Assembly (NCBI GenBank): GCA_963845535.1
Contig: CAWJSK010000012.1
Location: 416,001-480,000, forward strand
Origin: an uncultured Spirochaetota bacterium
GTDB lineage: Bacteria; Spirochaetota; Spirochaetia; SZUA-6; Fen-1364
Direction: 5' to 3'
Length of the DNA: 64,000 nt
Shown here: positions 30,641 to 39,404 of the stretch, in pieces
How positions within the stretch are numbered: position 1 is the stretch's first letter
Layout of the letters: every line of letters starts with the position of its first letter
The notes under the pieces: generated by a model
Seen by the model: the letters and a program-made list of their open reading frames with translations, nothing else
What the model was told of the DNA's origin: nothing
Database searches by the model: none
Translations under genes and position numbers: made by a program

Positions 30641-30688
30641 TCGTGCTCCCCATCTGTTCACCCACTTTTATCCTGAAGGGGAGCACGA
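30641..30688. repeat. 11-bp perfect inverted repeat with 26-nt loop after the MFS gene
   Basis: tcgtgctcccc ... ggggagcacga. Confidence 0.7.
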
Positions 30689-30698
30689 TCCCTGTTTT

Positions 30699-30740
30699 TA
30701 CCGGGAAAAGCTCGCGTCCTACGGCGCGTTTCTGGTGAAG
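30699..30740 (+). repeat. 42-bp duplicate of part of the zinc-ribbon gene (24686-24727)
   Basis: 39/42 identical; both copies encode [14 protein letters not shown]. Confidence 0.85.
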
Positions 30741-30755
30741 GCGGGCGCCGGGCGA

Positions 30756-30860
30756 AAGGGCTCTCCTCAGACAGGACTCGGCAGCCCAGATATTCCGTGA
30801 GTCGGAAGCAAATTCGGTCATGCTCCCCAGCGGGAGTGAACGGATCTCGGCTACCATCCG
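30756..30860 (-). pseudogene. N-terminal fragment of a DUF86/HepT-like toxin
   Basis: RMVAEIRSLPLGSMTEFASDSRNIWAAESCLRRAL resembles the DUF86 N-terminal half (..AAES.LRRAL..). Breaks off after RRAL. Confidence 0.7.
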
Positions 30861-30902
30861 CTGCTTGCAAAGGCAACCCCGCCGAACGCCGGCGGGCGGC
30901 GG

Positions 30903-32771
30903 TCAGAACTCCCGCAGGCTTTCGTCCACGCCTTTGCGCATCTCGAACCACCAGTCGAGCGCCGCCTCTTTCCTGTCCTTCTCGAAGCGCGTGATCCACT
31001 CGGTGAGCTGCGGATCCGTCTCTCCCTCCACGTCGCGTGTCCGCTTCAGGAAGGACAGGACGAGGTCGATGTTGCGCTCCGATTCCCAGTACACGGACGC
31101 GTTTCGGGAGTTGATCCTGGTGGCGGTGACCGCCGTGGAGGCAAGGAGCTGGTCCTTCATGCCGAAGATGCTGCCGAAGACTTCCGCCACGGTATCTTCG
31201 GCCCAGCCGCGGTGGAACCGGCAGAACCCGGCAGTGTCCAGGAGGAGCTCCTTCTGGAAGCGCTCCGCGCACAGGCGTCCGAGCGTGCGCGGCGGGGCAA
31301 AAGCGAAGCCGTAGTACATGTAGTACTTGCCCATGATGGGCATGGGCGCAAGGACGCCCGGCGCCCAGTACTGGTTAGGAACCATCCAGCCCTGCCGCCC
31401 GAAGGCCACGTAGACAAAGCTGTCCAGGAGGCGCTTGCCGCGCGCGCGTGAGAGCTGACGCCCCCATTTGCGCGCGCCCTGGGACAGGTCTACGACCCCG
31501 CGGCGCATGATGATGGAGTCCAGCAGCTCCATTCCGAGCTCGGAGTTGAGAGTGGAGTCCGCAACCGGATCAAAGCCCTCCGTCTTCCACCGGGGTACAC
31601 GGGTCACGCCAAGGTCTTCCTTGGACAGCTCGCCTTCATCGAGCAAGTCCATCATCCAGGCAATCACGCCGCCGGCGGAAATGGCGTCAAAACCGAGTGC
31701 ATCCGCGTGGTGACAAAGTTGCTCCGCCGCGCGCTGGTCGAAGACGCCGCACAATGGCCCCATGGTCTGGTAGGGCTCATAGTCCTTCTTGAAATCGTCC
31801 TTCATCTTCTTGCACACGGCGGCGCACGGCTCGCCGCAGGTGTGCTGGCGGCGGGGAACGATGGTCTCCTCGTTGAACTGCGCCAGGTAATGATTCACGA
31901 CAAGGTTCTCATGCAGGGAAAGCCGCTCATCCTCGGTCTGAAGCATCGTCCGATAATTGAACGCGATGATGCGGCCCTTGACGCCCGCGTAGTTCACCCC
32001 GAAGGTGCCTCCCGTGCTGAGCTTCGGGTCATAGCGGTACTTTGTGGTTGCCTCCATGTCCTTGGCCAGCAGACGCTGCTTGTACTTGGCTTCGAACCAT
32101 TCGTCGGCAACCTTCCTGTCACGGAAGTCCTCATCCACGTAGGTCCCGCCGTATATCACCGCGGCGATCCCGTGCTCCTGAAGCATCTTGCTGCCAAGGC
32201 CGCCGCGGCCGGCCCACGTGTCGACTGCAGTGACCTTCCCCTGCATGATGGGAACGGAGAGAATGCCCCCCATGTCCGTGGAAAGCGCGGCGGGACCTGT
32301 TGCAAGGACGCGGGGGTCGGTGGCATAGCGGCTTCCCAGGAGCTGGTATACGTGGTCCATGAGCGCGTACGCTCCCTTCCTCCCTGCGCCCCATATCCCG
32401 GAAAGCTCGACGGGCAGCAATTCGACCTCCACCTCCTCCCCACGCGTGCGGTTGAGGTACAGGATGGAAGGGACGGCCGCTTTGCCAATGAGGGAAACCA
32501 TGTTGAGCCCGAGGTTGTCGAACACGAGGCCGGCGCCGCCCATGGAAGAGACGTAGAAACCGCGCCAGCAGGGGGAGAAGCCGGTCAGGAACAATCGGTT
32601 CGAACCCGGAAAGATGGATCCGGCCAGGAGGCCGACGCCGATATTCAAAGACTGGGTATGCGAGGAGAGATGCAGGCCAAGGTCAACCGGTCCGAAAAAC
32701 CGCCCCACCTCGTACCGACGTATCCGGTAAAAGTCCGTGCGGGCGTCTATCAAGAGGACTTTCTGGTCCAT
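30903..32771 (-). CDS. Aldehyde:ferredoxin oxidoreductase family W/Mo enzyme, GAPOR-like clade
   Basis: SPCWRGFYVSSMGG, WAGRGGLGS, GGTFGVNY, QFNEETI, CGEPCAAVCKK, DYEPY, DALGFDAIS, FCRFHRGW; 622 aa. Confidence 0.85.
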   Translation of the reverse strand: MDQKVLLIDARTDFYRIRRYEVGRFFGPVDLGLHLSSHTQSLNIGVGLLAGSIFPGSNRLFLTGFSPCWRGFYVSSMGGAGLVFDNLGLNMVSLIGKAAVPSILYLNRTRGEEVEVELLPVELSGIWGAGRKGAYALMDHVYQLLGSRYATDPRVLATGPAALSTDMGGILSVPIMQGKVTAVDTWAGRGGLGSKMLQEHGIAAVIYGGTYVDEDFRDRKVADEWFEAKYKQRLLAKDMEATTKYRYDPKLSTGGTFGVNYAGVKGRIIAFNYRTMLQTEDERLSLHENLVVNHYLAQFNEETIVPRRQHTCGEPCAAVCKKMKDDFKKDYEPYQTMGPLCGVFDQRAAEQLCHHADALGFDAISAGGVIAWMMDLLDEGELSKEDLGVTRVPRWKTEGFDPVADSTLNSELGMELLDSIIMRRGVVDLSQGARKWGRQLSRARGKRLLDSFVYVAFGRQGWMVPNQYWAPGVLAPMPIMGKYYMYYGFAFAPPRTLGRLCAERFQKELLLDTAGFCRFHRGWAEDTVAEVFGSIFGMKDQLLASTAVTATRINSRNASVYWESERNIDLVLSFLKRTRDVEGETDPQLTEWITRFEKDRKEAALDWWFEMRKGVDESLREF

Positions 32772-32798
32772 CGGGCGGGGCTCCTTCCGGGGGGCGCC

Positions 32799-33998
32799 TC
32801 AGCGCTGCCTGCTCTCCGCCCTGTCGAGAATGGTAGAAAGCCGCGCGGCAGGATCAGCAATTTTCGACGCGAATATCATGGCGGCAATGATGTACGGTTT
32901 GTAGCCGGCCTGGCGGTACAGCGGCGTTCTGAAGCGGTTGAACACCGGCGCGGAGACCTCCCCTTCGGCGCAGCTCACTCCTGTGATGTCGGCGGGAAGG
33001 CAGTGCAGATACAGGGCGTCGTTCGTCTTCTTCATGAGCGCGTCCGTGCATTCCCAGCTCTTGAACCTGGCATTGTTGGCCAGGCACCGCTTCTCCAGGT
33101 CAGCGAGCGCGGCCTTGTCTCCCGTTTCCACGATCTTGGTGCGCTCTTCCATGACGGCAAAAGGCGCCCAGCTCTTCGGATACACGACGTCCGCCCCGTT
33201 GAACGCCTCCTCCATGGAAGAGGAGACATGGAAGCTTCCTCCGGAGGACGCCGCGAACTTCTTCGCCTGCGCCACGACGTCCGGCATGAGGGAGTAGCCT
33301 TCGGGGTACGCAAGAGAGACGTTGATTCCAAACCGCGTGAAAAGCCCTATGACGCCCTGGGGAACCGAGAGAGGCTTTCCGTAGGAAGGGGAATACGCCC
33401 AGCTCATGGCCACCTTCTTGCCCTTGAGCTTCTCCACGCCCCCGAGCTCCGTCACGAGGTGGAGGAAATCCGCCATGGTCTGCGTGGGATGGTCGATGTC
33501 ACACTGGAGGTTGACCACGGTGGGCCGCTGCTCGAGCACGCCGTCATGGAATCCCTGCTCCACGGCCTCCGCCACCTCGAGCATGTACGTGTGGCCCTTG
33601 CCGATGTACATGTCGTCACGGATGCCGATGACCTCCGCCATGAAGGAGATCATGTTCGCCGTTTCCCGCACGGTTTCCCCGTGCGCCACCTGGGACTTGC
33701 CCTCATCCAGGTCCGAAACCGTCAGCCCCAGGAGGTTGCAGGCGGAGGCGAAGCTGAAGCGCGTGCGTGTGGAGTTGTCCCGGAACTGGGAGACGGCGAG
33801 GCCGGAATCCCACAGCCGCGGGGAAATGTTGTTGCTGCGGAACTGCTTGAGGATGGCGGCGATTTCCAGGACCGCCTCCAGCTCTTCCCGGGTCTTGTCC
33901 CAGGTCAGAAAGAAGTCCTTGCCGTGAAGACCCGCCGCGCTCTTCTTCCTGAGGGTGTCGATTCTTCTCTGCATTTCGTGCGGTGTCGTGGTGATCAC
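32799..33998 (-). CDS. ygeW: Knotted carbamoyltransferase YgeW
   Basis: FRDNSTRTRFS, HGETVRETANMISF, CDIDHPTQ, WAYSPSYGKPLSVPQG, YPKSW, YLHCLPADI. Confidence 0.95.
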   Translation of the reverse strand: MITTTPHEMQRRIDTLRKKSAAGLHGKDFFLTWDKTREELEAVLEIAAILKQFRSNNISPRLWDSGLAVSQFRDNSTRTRFSFASACNLLGLTVSDLDEGKSQVAHGETVRETANMISFMAEVIGIRDDMYIGKGHTYMLEVAEAVEQGFHDGVLEQRPTVVNLQCDIDHPTQTMADFLHLVTELGGVEKLKGKKVAMSWAYSPSYGKPLSVPQGVIGLFTRFGINVSLAYPEGYSLMPDVVAQAKKFAASSGGSFHVSSSMEEAFNGADVVYPKSWAPFAVMEERTKIVETGDKAALADLEKRCLANNARFKSWECTDALMKKTNDALYLHCLPADITGVSCAEGEVSAPVFNRFRTPLYRQAGYKPYIIAAMIFASKIADPAARLSTILDRAESRQR

Positions 33999-36862
33999 GA
34001 GATCCTCCCCAGTGCCGTCAGTATCTTTTCCGGTGTCATGGGCCAGTCCCGCAGCCAGACCCCCGTGGCGGCATGGATGGCGTTGGCCAGCGCGGGGGCG
34101 GCCCCGTTCATGCTGACCTCCGAGACGCTTTTTCCGCCGAATGGCCCGAAAGGATCATCCGTTTCAACGAAGCTTACGTCAAGGTCACGGGGAAGCTCCT
34201 GGATCATGGGCGCGCCGTAGGCCCCGAGGGTGGTCGTGAGACAGCGGCCCTCTTCATCGAAGATCATTTCCTCGTAGAGGGCGTGCCCGATGGATTTGAG
34301 CACAGCGCCGTAGACCTGGCCCTGCGCCAGCTCGGGATTGATGGGCGTGCCGCAGTCCGTGACGGCGTGATAGCGAAGCACCGTGATTGCCCCCGTGCGC
34401 GTGTTCACGGCCACCTCGCAGAAATGGGCGGCGTACGGAAATGCCGCGTCATCCGTCGTGAATGACGCGTGGGAAACGAGCTCACCCGGCCCTTCGCCTC
34501 CCTGGCAGTGATGCGCGATCTCGGCAAAGCTCACCGCGCCCGAACGGCCTTTGACCCGGCCCGGGAACTCCAGGACCAGTCCTTCCGCCGGTTCCTTGAG
34601 CAGGGAAGCCGCAACCGCGGTCAGCTTTTCCTTCAAGCCTTGCGCCGCCTTGAGGGAAGCGTTGCCGCTGAAGTACGTGCCGCTGGAGGCATACGCGCCC
34701 TTGTCGAACGGCGTGGTGTCCGTGTCTCCCGAAATCACGGCAACCGTTTCCAGCTCGCAGCACAGAGTCTCCGCGACGATCTTGGCCAGCACGGTGTCCA
34801 GCCCCGTGCCCAGGTCCGCGCCGCCGGAGGACACGAGGAAAGTCCCGTCGGAAAGCAGCTTCACGTCGGCGCACGCCTGATCGAGCCCCGGCAGTCCCGA
34901 GCCTTGCTGGATGATTGCAACACCCTTGCCTGTTTTGACGTCGGGGTCCGCCTGCCCGCCCGGGGCGGTCGGGGCCGGGGCGCCGGCCCGAGCGTCTGCC
35001 GAGCCGGCCGAGCCGGCGGCATGACCCCACCCTATGCTCTGGCATCCTCTGGCCAGCGCGCGGTCCAGGCCGCAGCTCTTCACGTGCGCCGCCGCGCCTG
35101 CCCTGCCCTCTCCGAGGCTCTTGAGGACCTCCAGGACGTCTCCCTCTCTGACGTGGTTCTTGCTGAAGAAGCTCACCAGGTCCATACCGAGCTTGTCAGC
35201 CAGCTCAGCAGCGGCCATCTGGAGCGCAAAGGAGCCCTGGGGGGCGCCGTATCCCTGGTAGGCGCCGGATGGGACATGGTTGGTGTACCAGGCCCGCACT
35301 TCCCAGGCCATGGCGGGGCAGCGGAACAGGGGAAGGGACTTGGAGCACGCATTCATGGGGACCGTCAGGCAGTGCTCCCCGTAAGCTCCCGTGTCGGCGT
35401 CCGCCGACATGCTGATTGCGGTCAGCGTCCCGTCCTTCTTCGCGCCCATCTTCACGGCTACGCGGAAAGGATGCCGGGTGGTGGCGGCAATGAACTCTTC
35501 TTCCCGGGTGTACTTGTACAGGACCGGCCTGCCCGTTCGCACCGTTGCGTATGCGCATACCTCTTCCATGAGGACGTCCTGTTTGCTTCCGTAGCCGCCG
35601 CCGACGCGCTCCTTGATGACCCTGATCTTGTTTTCGGGCATTCCCACGACGCGTGCAAGGATGCTGCGCAGGTGCCATGGCACCTGCGTGGAGGCGTGGA
35701 CAATGAGCCGGTCACCGTCCATCCTCGTGTAGGCCACGTGCGGCTCAAGCGGCGTGCACTGGACCCTGCTCGTCGAATACGCGCGTTCAATGACCGCGTC
35801 AGCGGCGCGCAGTCCGTCCTCCACGTTTCCCGTCCCGCCGGAGGCGCTTGCCGCGAGGTTGTGCGCTGCATCCGCGCCAATGCCGAATTGGTAGACGATC
35901 TCCGGGAGGTGGTCCGCGTGGACCGGCGTCAGCTTGCCCGCCATGGCGTCTTCGAGGGAAAGGATGGGCGGGATGACATCGTATTCGACTTTGATCAGGG
36001 AAAGGGCATGGCGCGCGGTTTCAGCGTCTTCCGCGACCACCGCCGCCACCCTGTCTCCCATATGGCGCACCGTGCGGCTGAACATCCTGTAGTCATAGGG
36101 CGACGGCTCAGGGAAGCCCTGCCCTGCCTGACCGTAGGCAACGTCAGGGCACGTGCGATGGTCAATTACCAGGACCACGCCGGGAAGCGCCTGGGCACGC
36201 GTCGTATCGATGCTCTTGATGAAAGCGTGAGCATGGGGACTTCGAAGCATGGAAAGAACGCAGCTGCCCGTTTCAACCCTGTCTTCCACGTACGCTTTCA
36301 TGCCGGCAACAAGCTTCACGCCGTCGATCTTCCGTCGGGACTTGCCGATCACGCGCAGGCCGTCACGGAAGGAAGGGGCCACGGCCGTGGACCATCCCGG
36401 GTCCTTGCGGCGTTTTCGAGCCAGCTCCACCGCGAGGAAGAACTGCTTGTAGCCCGTAGACCTGCTGAAGAGCCCCGAAAGGGCGTCACGAATGTCGTCC
36501 TCGGTTGGCGCCTCCGTGCGGCGAAGCAGTTCCTCCAGCAGGAGCGCCGCGGCGGGCGTGTTGAACGCGGATTGGACCACGCCAGCGTCTATCATGGATT
36601 CCTGGAGCACGGACAGCCGGGAGTCCCGGCTCAAGCTCTCGATGGTTTCTACAGCGTGGCCTTCAGCCTGGCCGGCAACCATGAGGCCTGCCAGAACCGC
36701 TTTTCCGTCAAAGAGGATTGTGTCGCTGCCGGCAAAACCTTCCCCGTCATCGCTCGAGCGCACCGAAGGGATGCCCATGCGCTGCAGGAGGACTTGCAGG
36801 TTTTCCCCGGGCTCTGCCAGGACGCTGCGGCGCGTGCCGTTGAGTGTGAAGTTTATCTTCAT
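33995..36862 (-). CDS. xdhD: Xanthine dehydrogenase-family molybdopterin subunit XdhD/YgfN
   Basis: Cys-less Fe-S-like N-terminus (SVRSSDDGEGFAGSD), GQGFPEPSPYD, RVGGGYGSKQ, AYQGYGAPQG, GAYASSGT, GPFGGKSVSE. Confidence 0.92.
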   Translation of the reverse strand: MKINFTLNGTRRSVLAEPGENLQVLLQRMGIPSVRSSDDGEGFAGSDTILFDGKAVLAGLMVAGQAEGHAVETIESLSRDSRLSVLQESMIDAGVVQSAFNTPAAALLLEELLRRTEAPTEDDIRDALSGLFSRSTGYKQFFLAVELARKRRKDPGWSTAVAPSFRDGLRVIGKSRRKIDGVKLVAGMKAYVEDRVETGSCVLSMLRSPHAHAFIKSIDTTRAQALPGVVLVIDHRTCPDVAYGQAGQGFPEPSPYDYRMFSRTVRHMGDRVAAVVAEDAETARHALSLIKVEYDVIPPILSLEDAMAGKLTPVHADHLPEIVYQFGIGADAAHNLAASASGGTGNVEDGLRAADAVIERAYSTSRVQCTPLEPHVAYTRMDGDRLIVHASTQVPWHLRSILARVVGMPENKIRVIKERVGGGYGSKQDVLMEEVCAYATVRTGRPVLYKYTREEEFIAATTRHPFRVAVKMGAKKDGTLTAISMSADADTGAYGEHCLTVPMNACSKSLPLFRCPAMAWEVRAWYTNHVPSGAYQGYGAPQGSFALQMAAAELADKLGMDLVSFFSKNHVREGDVLEVLKSLGEGRAGAAAHVKSCGLDRALARGCQSIGWGHAAGSAGSADARAGAPAPTAPGGQADPDVKTGKGVAIIQQGSGLPGLDQACADVKLLSDGTFLVSSGGADLGTGLDTVLAKIVAETLCCELETVAVISGDTDTTPFDKGAYASSGTYFSGNASLKAAQGLKEKLTAVAASLLKEPAEGLVLEFPGRVKGRSGAVSFAEIAHHCQGGEGPGELVSHASFTTDDAAFPYAAHFCEVAVNTRTGAITVLRYHAVTDCGTPINPELAQGQVYGAVLKSIGHALYEEMIFDEEGRCLTTTLGAYGAPMIQELPRDLDVSFVETDDPFGPFGGKSVSEVSMNGAAPALANAIHAATGVWLRDWPMTPEKILTALGRIS

Positions 36863-37659
36863 ACGGTGGCCTTCCCTCCCCGGCTCATCTCGAGCAAGGC
36901 GTCCGCGACAAGGATCCGCGTCAAATACGTCTTATACCGGGAGGAGGCATGGACGTCCGCGGCTGCTTCGAACTCGTTCCCAAGCGCGCTCTCAAGTGCG
37001 GAGCGGGAGGGAAGCGGCCGACCCTCCAGGGACGCCTCGAGCCCGGGCAGCCGCACCGGCGCGCCCCGGCAATCCGCTGCCACAAGCCGCACCCCGCCGA
37101 CTTTCGGCTGAAGGGCCGACGCGCATGCGGCAACGACCAGGCTGCGAGGGCTATGAGAGGTCCGGGAAACTGCCAGTACGGTAGCCGGTCGAAGGGGCTC
37201 TGAGATCACCACGGACAGAATCAACCCACCCCCTCCGCCCGACAGGAAATCCTTGATGGGAACAGGCCTCCTCTTTCCGGCGACGGAAACTTCCGCTTCC
37301 ATGGCCAGGAGGAGAGGAACGAGCGTCGAATCTGCAGGGTGCAGCGCGACCTCTCCGCCCACGGTCATCATGTTCCGAAGGGTCCGGGAGGCTGTGAACC
37401 CCGCTGCCGTGCGAAGCGCGGCAGGCAGCTCAGGGCGGTCCACGATGTGCTGAAGAGTGGCCGTAGCGCCGACAACGCATTGCTTCCCGCTCAGCTCGAT
37501 GGATTGGAGCCCAAGTCTTTCCAGGGAGATGAGCGTGACGGGCTCTGCCGAGCGCGCGGCGTTCAGCCACGTGCCGCCCCCGAGGAACGCGGTCCCCGGC
37601 AACGCCCGCGCTTTCAGGGCCTCCTGAATGGTCGCGGGTTTCAGAATGTCAGTCACCAT
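36859..37659 (-). CDS. ygfM: Molybdopterin oxidoreductase FAD-binding subunit YgfM
   Basis: FLGGGTWLN, VGATATLQ, LRNMMTVGGE, DVHASSRYKTYL. Immediately upstream of xdhD. Confidence 0.82.
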   Translation of the reverse strand: MVTDILKPATIQEALKARALPGTAFLGGGTWLNAARSAEPVTLISLERLGLQSIELSGKQCVVGATATLQHIVDRPELPAALRTAAGFTASRTLRNMMTVGGEVALHPADSTLVPLLLAMEAEVSVAGKRRPVPIKDFLSGGGGGLILSVVISEPLRPATVLAVSRTSHSPRSLVVAACASALQPKVGGVRLVAADCRGAPVRLPGLEASLEGRPLPSRSALESALGNEFEAAADVHASSRYKTYLTRILVADALLEMSRGGKATV

Positions 37660-37712
37660 GAACGGATTGTACCATGATGACATTCGTCGCGTAAACGTCC
37701 TATACTGCTCCC
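37660..37712. promoter_or_regulatory. Back-to-back -10 boxes 6 nt before both divergent start codons (leaderless promoters)
   Basis: Minus strand TGG-TACAAT-N6-ATG (ygfM); plus strand TATACT-N6-ATG (ppiC); no SD sequences. Confidence 0.65.
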
Positions 37713-37991
37713 ATGGAATGGCGAGCAAGCCACATACTGGTCAAGGAAAAGAAACTGGCGGACGAGCTGCTCCGGCGCGTCAAGCAAGGGGCAAGCTTCG
37801 AGGCTCTGGCCCGCGAGCACTCCACCTGTCCTTCCAAGTCCCGCGGCGGGGACCTGGGCTGGTTCGGACCCGGCAAGATGGTCCCGGCGTTCGAGAACGC
37901 GTGCAAGCGGCTCTCCCCGGGATCCACGAGTGACGTCGTCTCATCCTCGTTCGGCTACCACATCATCAGGCTCACGGGTCGCAAAGAGTAG
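37713..37991 (+). CDS. ppiC: Parvulin-type peptidyl-prolyl isomerase
   Basis: RASHILVK, FEALAREHSTCPS, GGDLGWF..GKMVPAFE, FGYHII. Confidence 0.93.
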   Translation: MEWRASHILVKEKKLADELLRRVKQGASFEALAREHSTCPSKSRGGDLGWFGPGKMVPAFENACKRLSPGSTSDVVSSSFGYHIIRLTGRKE

Positions 37992-37996
37992 CCGCT

Positions 37997-39400
37997 TCAG
38001 CGGGCAGGCTGAACGCCCACGGCGGCTTTCAGCAGGGAGTCGGCAATCCTGTTTGCGTCCCGGGTGAGCTCGCGCTCGTCAACGCCGGTGAGCTTTCCTT
38101 TGTCCACCACCACCGTGCCATTGCAAATCGTGTAGTCGGTGCCGTGGTTGTAGCCGGCAAAGACGAGGGCCGCAAACGGGTCTGACAGGCTGCCCGCGTA
38201 TTCGAGCCGGTCGACATCGAAGATTGCGAGGTCCGCGGCAAAGCCTGCCTCGATCCTGCCGATCCTCTCGAACCCCAGCACTCCGGCTCCCGTCTCCGTC
38301 GCCATCCTGAGCACGTCCCGCGCCGTGAGCGCTCCGCTGCCCCGGGCCACCCGCTGCAGGAGCAGGGCGTGGCGCAGCTCGCCCAGGAAGTCGGAAGAGT
38401 CATTGGAGGCTGAACCGTCCACGGCGAGGGAGACCGGGATTCCCCTGTCCAGCATGTCGCGGACGCTGCAGATGCCCGAGGCCAGCCGCATGTTGGAGCT
38501 CGGGCAGTGCGCAATCTGCGCCCCCGTGCGTCGCAGGACGCCCAGCTCCTCATCGTTGAAAAAAATGCCATGAGCGTAGAACACATCCGGCCCAATGAAC
38601 TCGCAACGCTCCATGAGCGCAACAGGCCGCACACCGTACTTCTCCCGACAGTACTGGTCCTCATCCGCCGTTTCCGCCAGATGCGTGTGCAGCCGGACCC
38701 CGTGGCGCCGCGCCAGGCGCGCGGACTCCCGCATCAGCTCCTCCGTGACGGAAAAGGGGCTGCAGGGCGCAAGGACGATCTTGCGCATGGAGAGCGGGTC
38801 GGGATCATGGAAGCGCTTGATGACGCGCTCGCTGTCCGCGAGGATGGTGTCTGCGTCCTGTACCACGCTGTCCGGAGGCAGGCCGCCGTCCTTCTTGCTG
38901 AGCGACATGGAACCGCGCGAAGGAGAAAAACGCATCCCCACTTTCTCCGCGGCCTCGAACTGGCGGGAAACGAAGTCTCCGGCGCCTCGCGGATAAAGGT
39001 AGAGATGGTCCGTGGAGCAGGTGCAGCCAGTCTTCAACAGCTCCCCCATGGCAAGAAGGGAAGAGGTGTAGATGGCCTCTTCATCGATGTTCTTCCAGAC
39101 CTCGTAGAGGTAGACAAGCCAGTCGAAAAGCTTGGCGTCCTGGACGGCCGGGAGGTTGCGCGTCAGGGTCTGGAAGAAGTGGTGGTGCGTGTTCACGAAT
39201 CCGGGAACCACGACGTGGCGCGAGCAATCAATGACGCGCGCGCCGGGGGGCGCCGTGACCCCCGGCCCGATCCGGGCAATGAGGTTGCCTTCGATCAGGA
39301 TGTCCTGGCCTCGAACGCCTTCTTTGTCCGCCGAGGGCTGGATGAAGAAGCAATTGCGCAGGAGCACCTGGCTGTCCGGGATCCCGTTCCTCTGTGCCAT
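37997..39400 (-). CDS. Amidohydrolase, 8-oxoguanine deaminase-like
   Basis: PGFVNTHHHFFQTLTR, APCSPFSV, HTHLAET, AHCPSSNMRLASG, VDGSASND. Confidence 0.88.
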   Translation of the reverse strand: MAQRNGIPDSQVLLRNCFFIQPSADKEGVRGQDILIEGNLIARIGPGVTAPPGARVIDCSRHVVVPGFVNTHHHFFQTLTRNLPAVQDAKLFDWLVYLYEVWKNIDEEAIYTSSLLAMGELLKTGCTCSTDHLYLYPRGAGDFVSRQFEAAEKVGMRFSPSRGSMSLSKKDGGLPPDSVVQDADTILADSERVIKRFHDPDPLSMRKIVLAPCSPFSVTEELMRESARLARRHGVRLHTHLAETADEDQYCREKYGVRPVALMERCEFIGPDVFYAHGIFFNDEELGVLRRTGAQIAHCPSSNMRLASGICSVRDMLDRGIPVSLAVDGSASNDSSDFLGELRHALLLQRVARGSGALTARDVLRMATETGAGVLGFERIGRIEAGFAADLAIFDVDRLEYAGSLSDPFAALVFAGYNHGTDYTICNGTVVVDKGKLTGVDERELTRDANRIADSLLKAAVGVQPAR

Positions 39401-39404
39401 CAGC

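Noticed and set aside
31707..37111. Very long plus-strand ORFs (837 aa and 880 aa), and similar ones at 12678-14393, 46894-48861 and 58152-59948
   Set aside because: Antisense shadows of well-supported genes in high-GC DNA, with no recognisable motifs.
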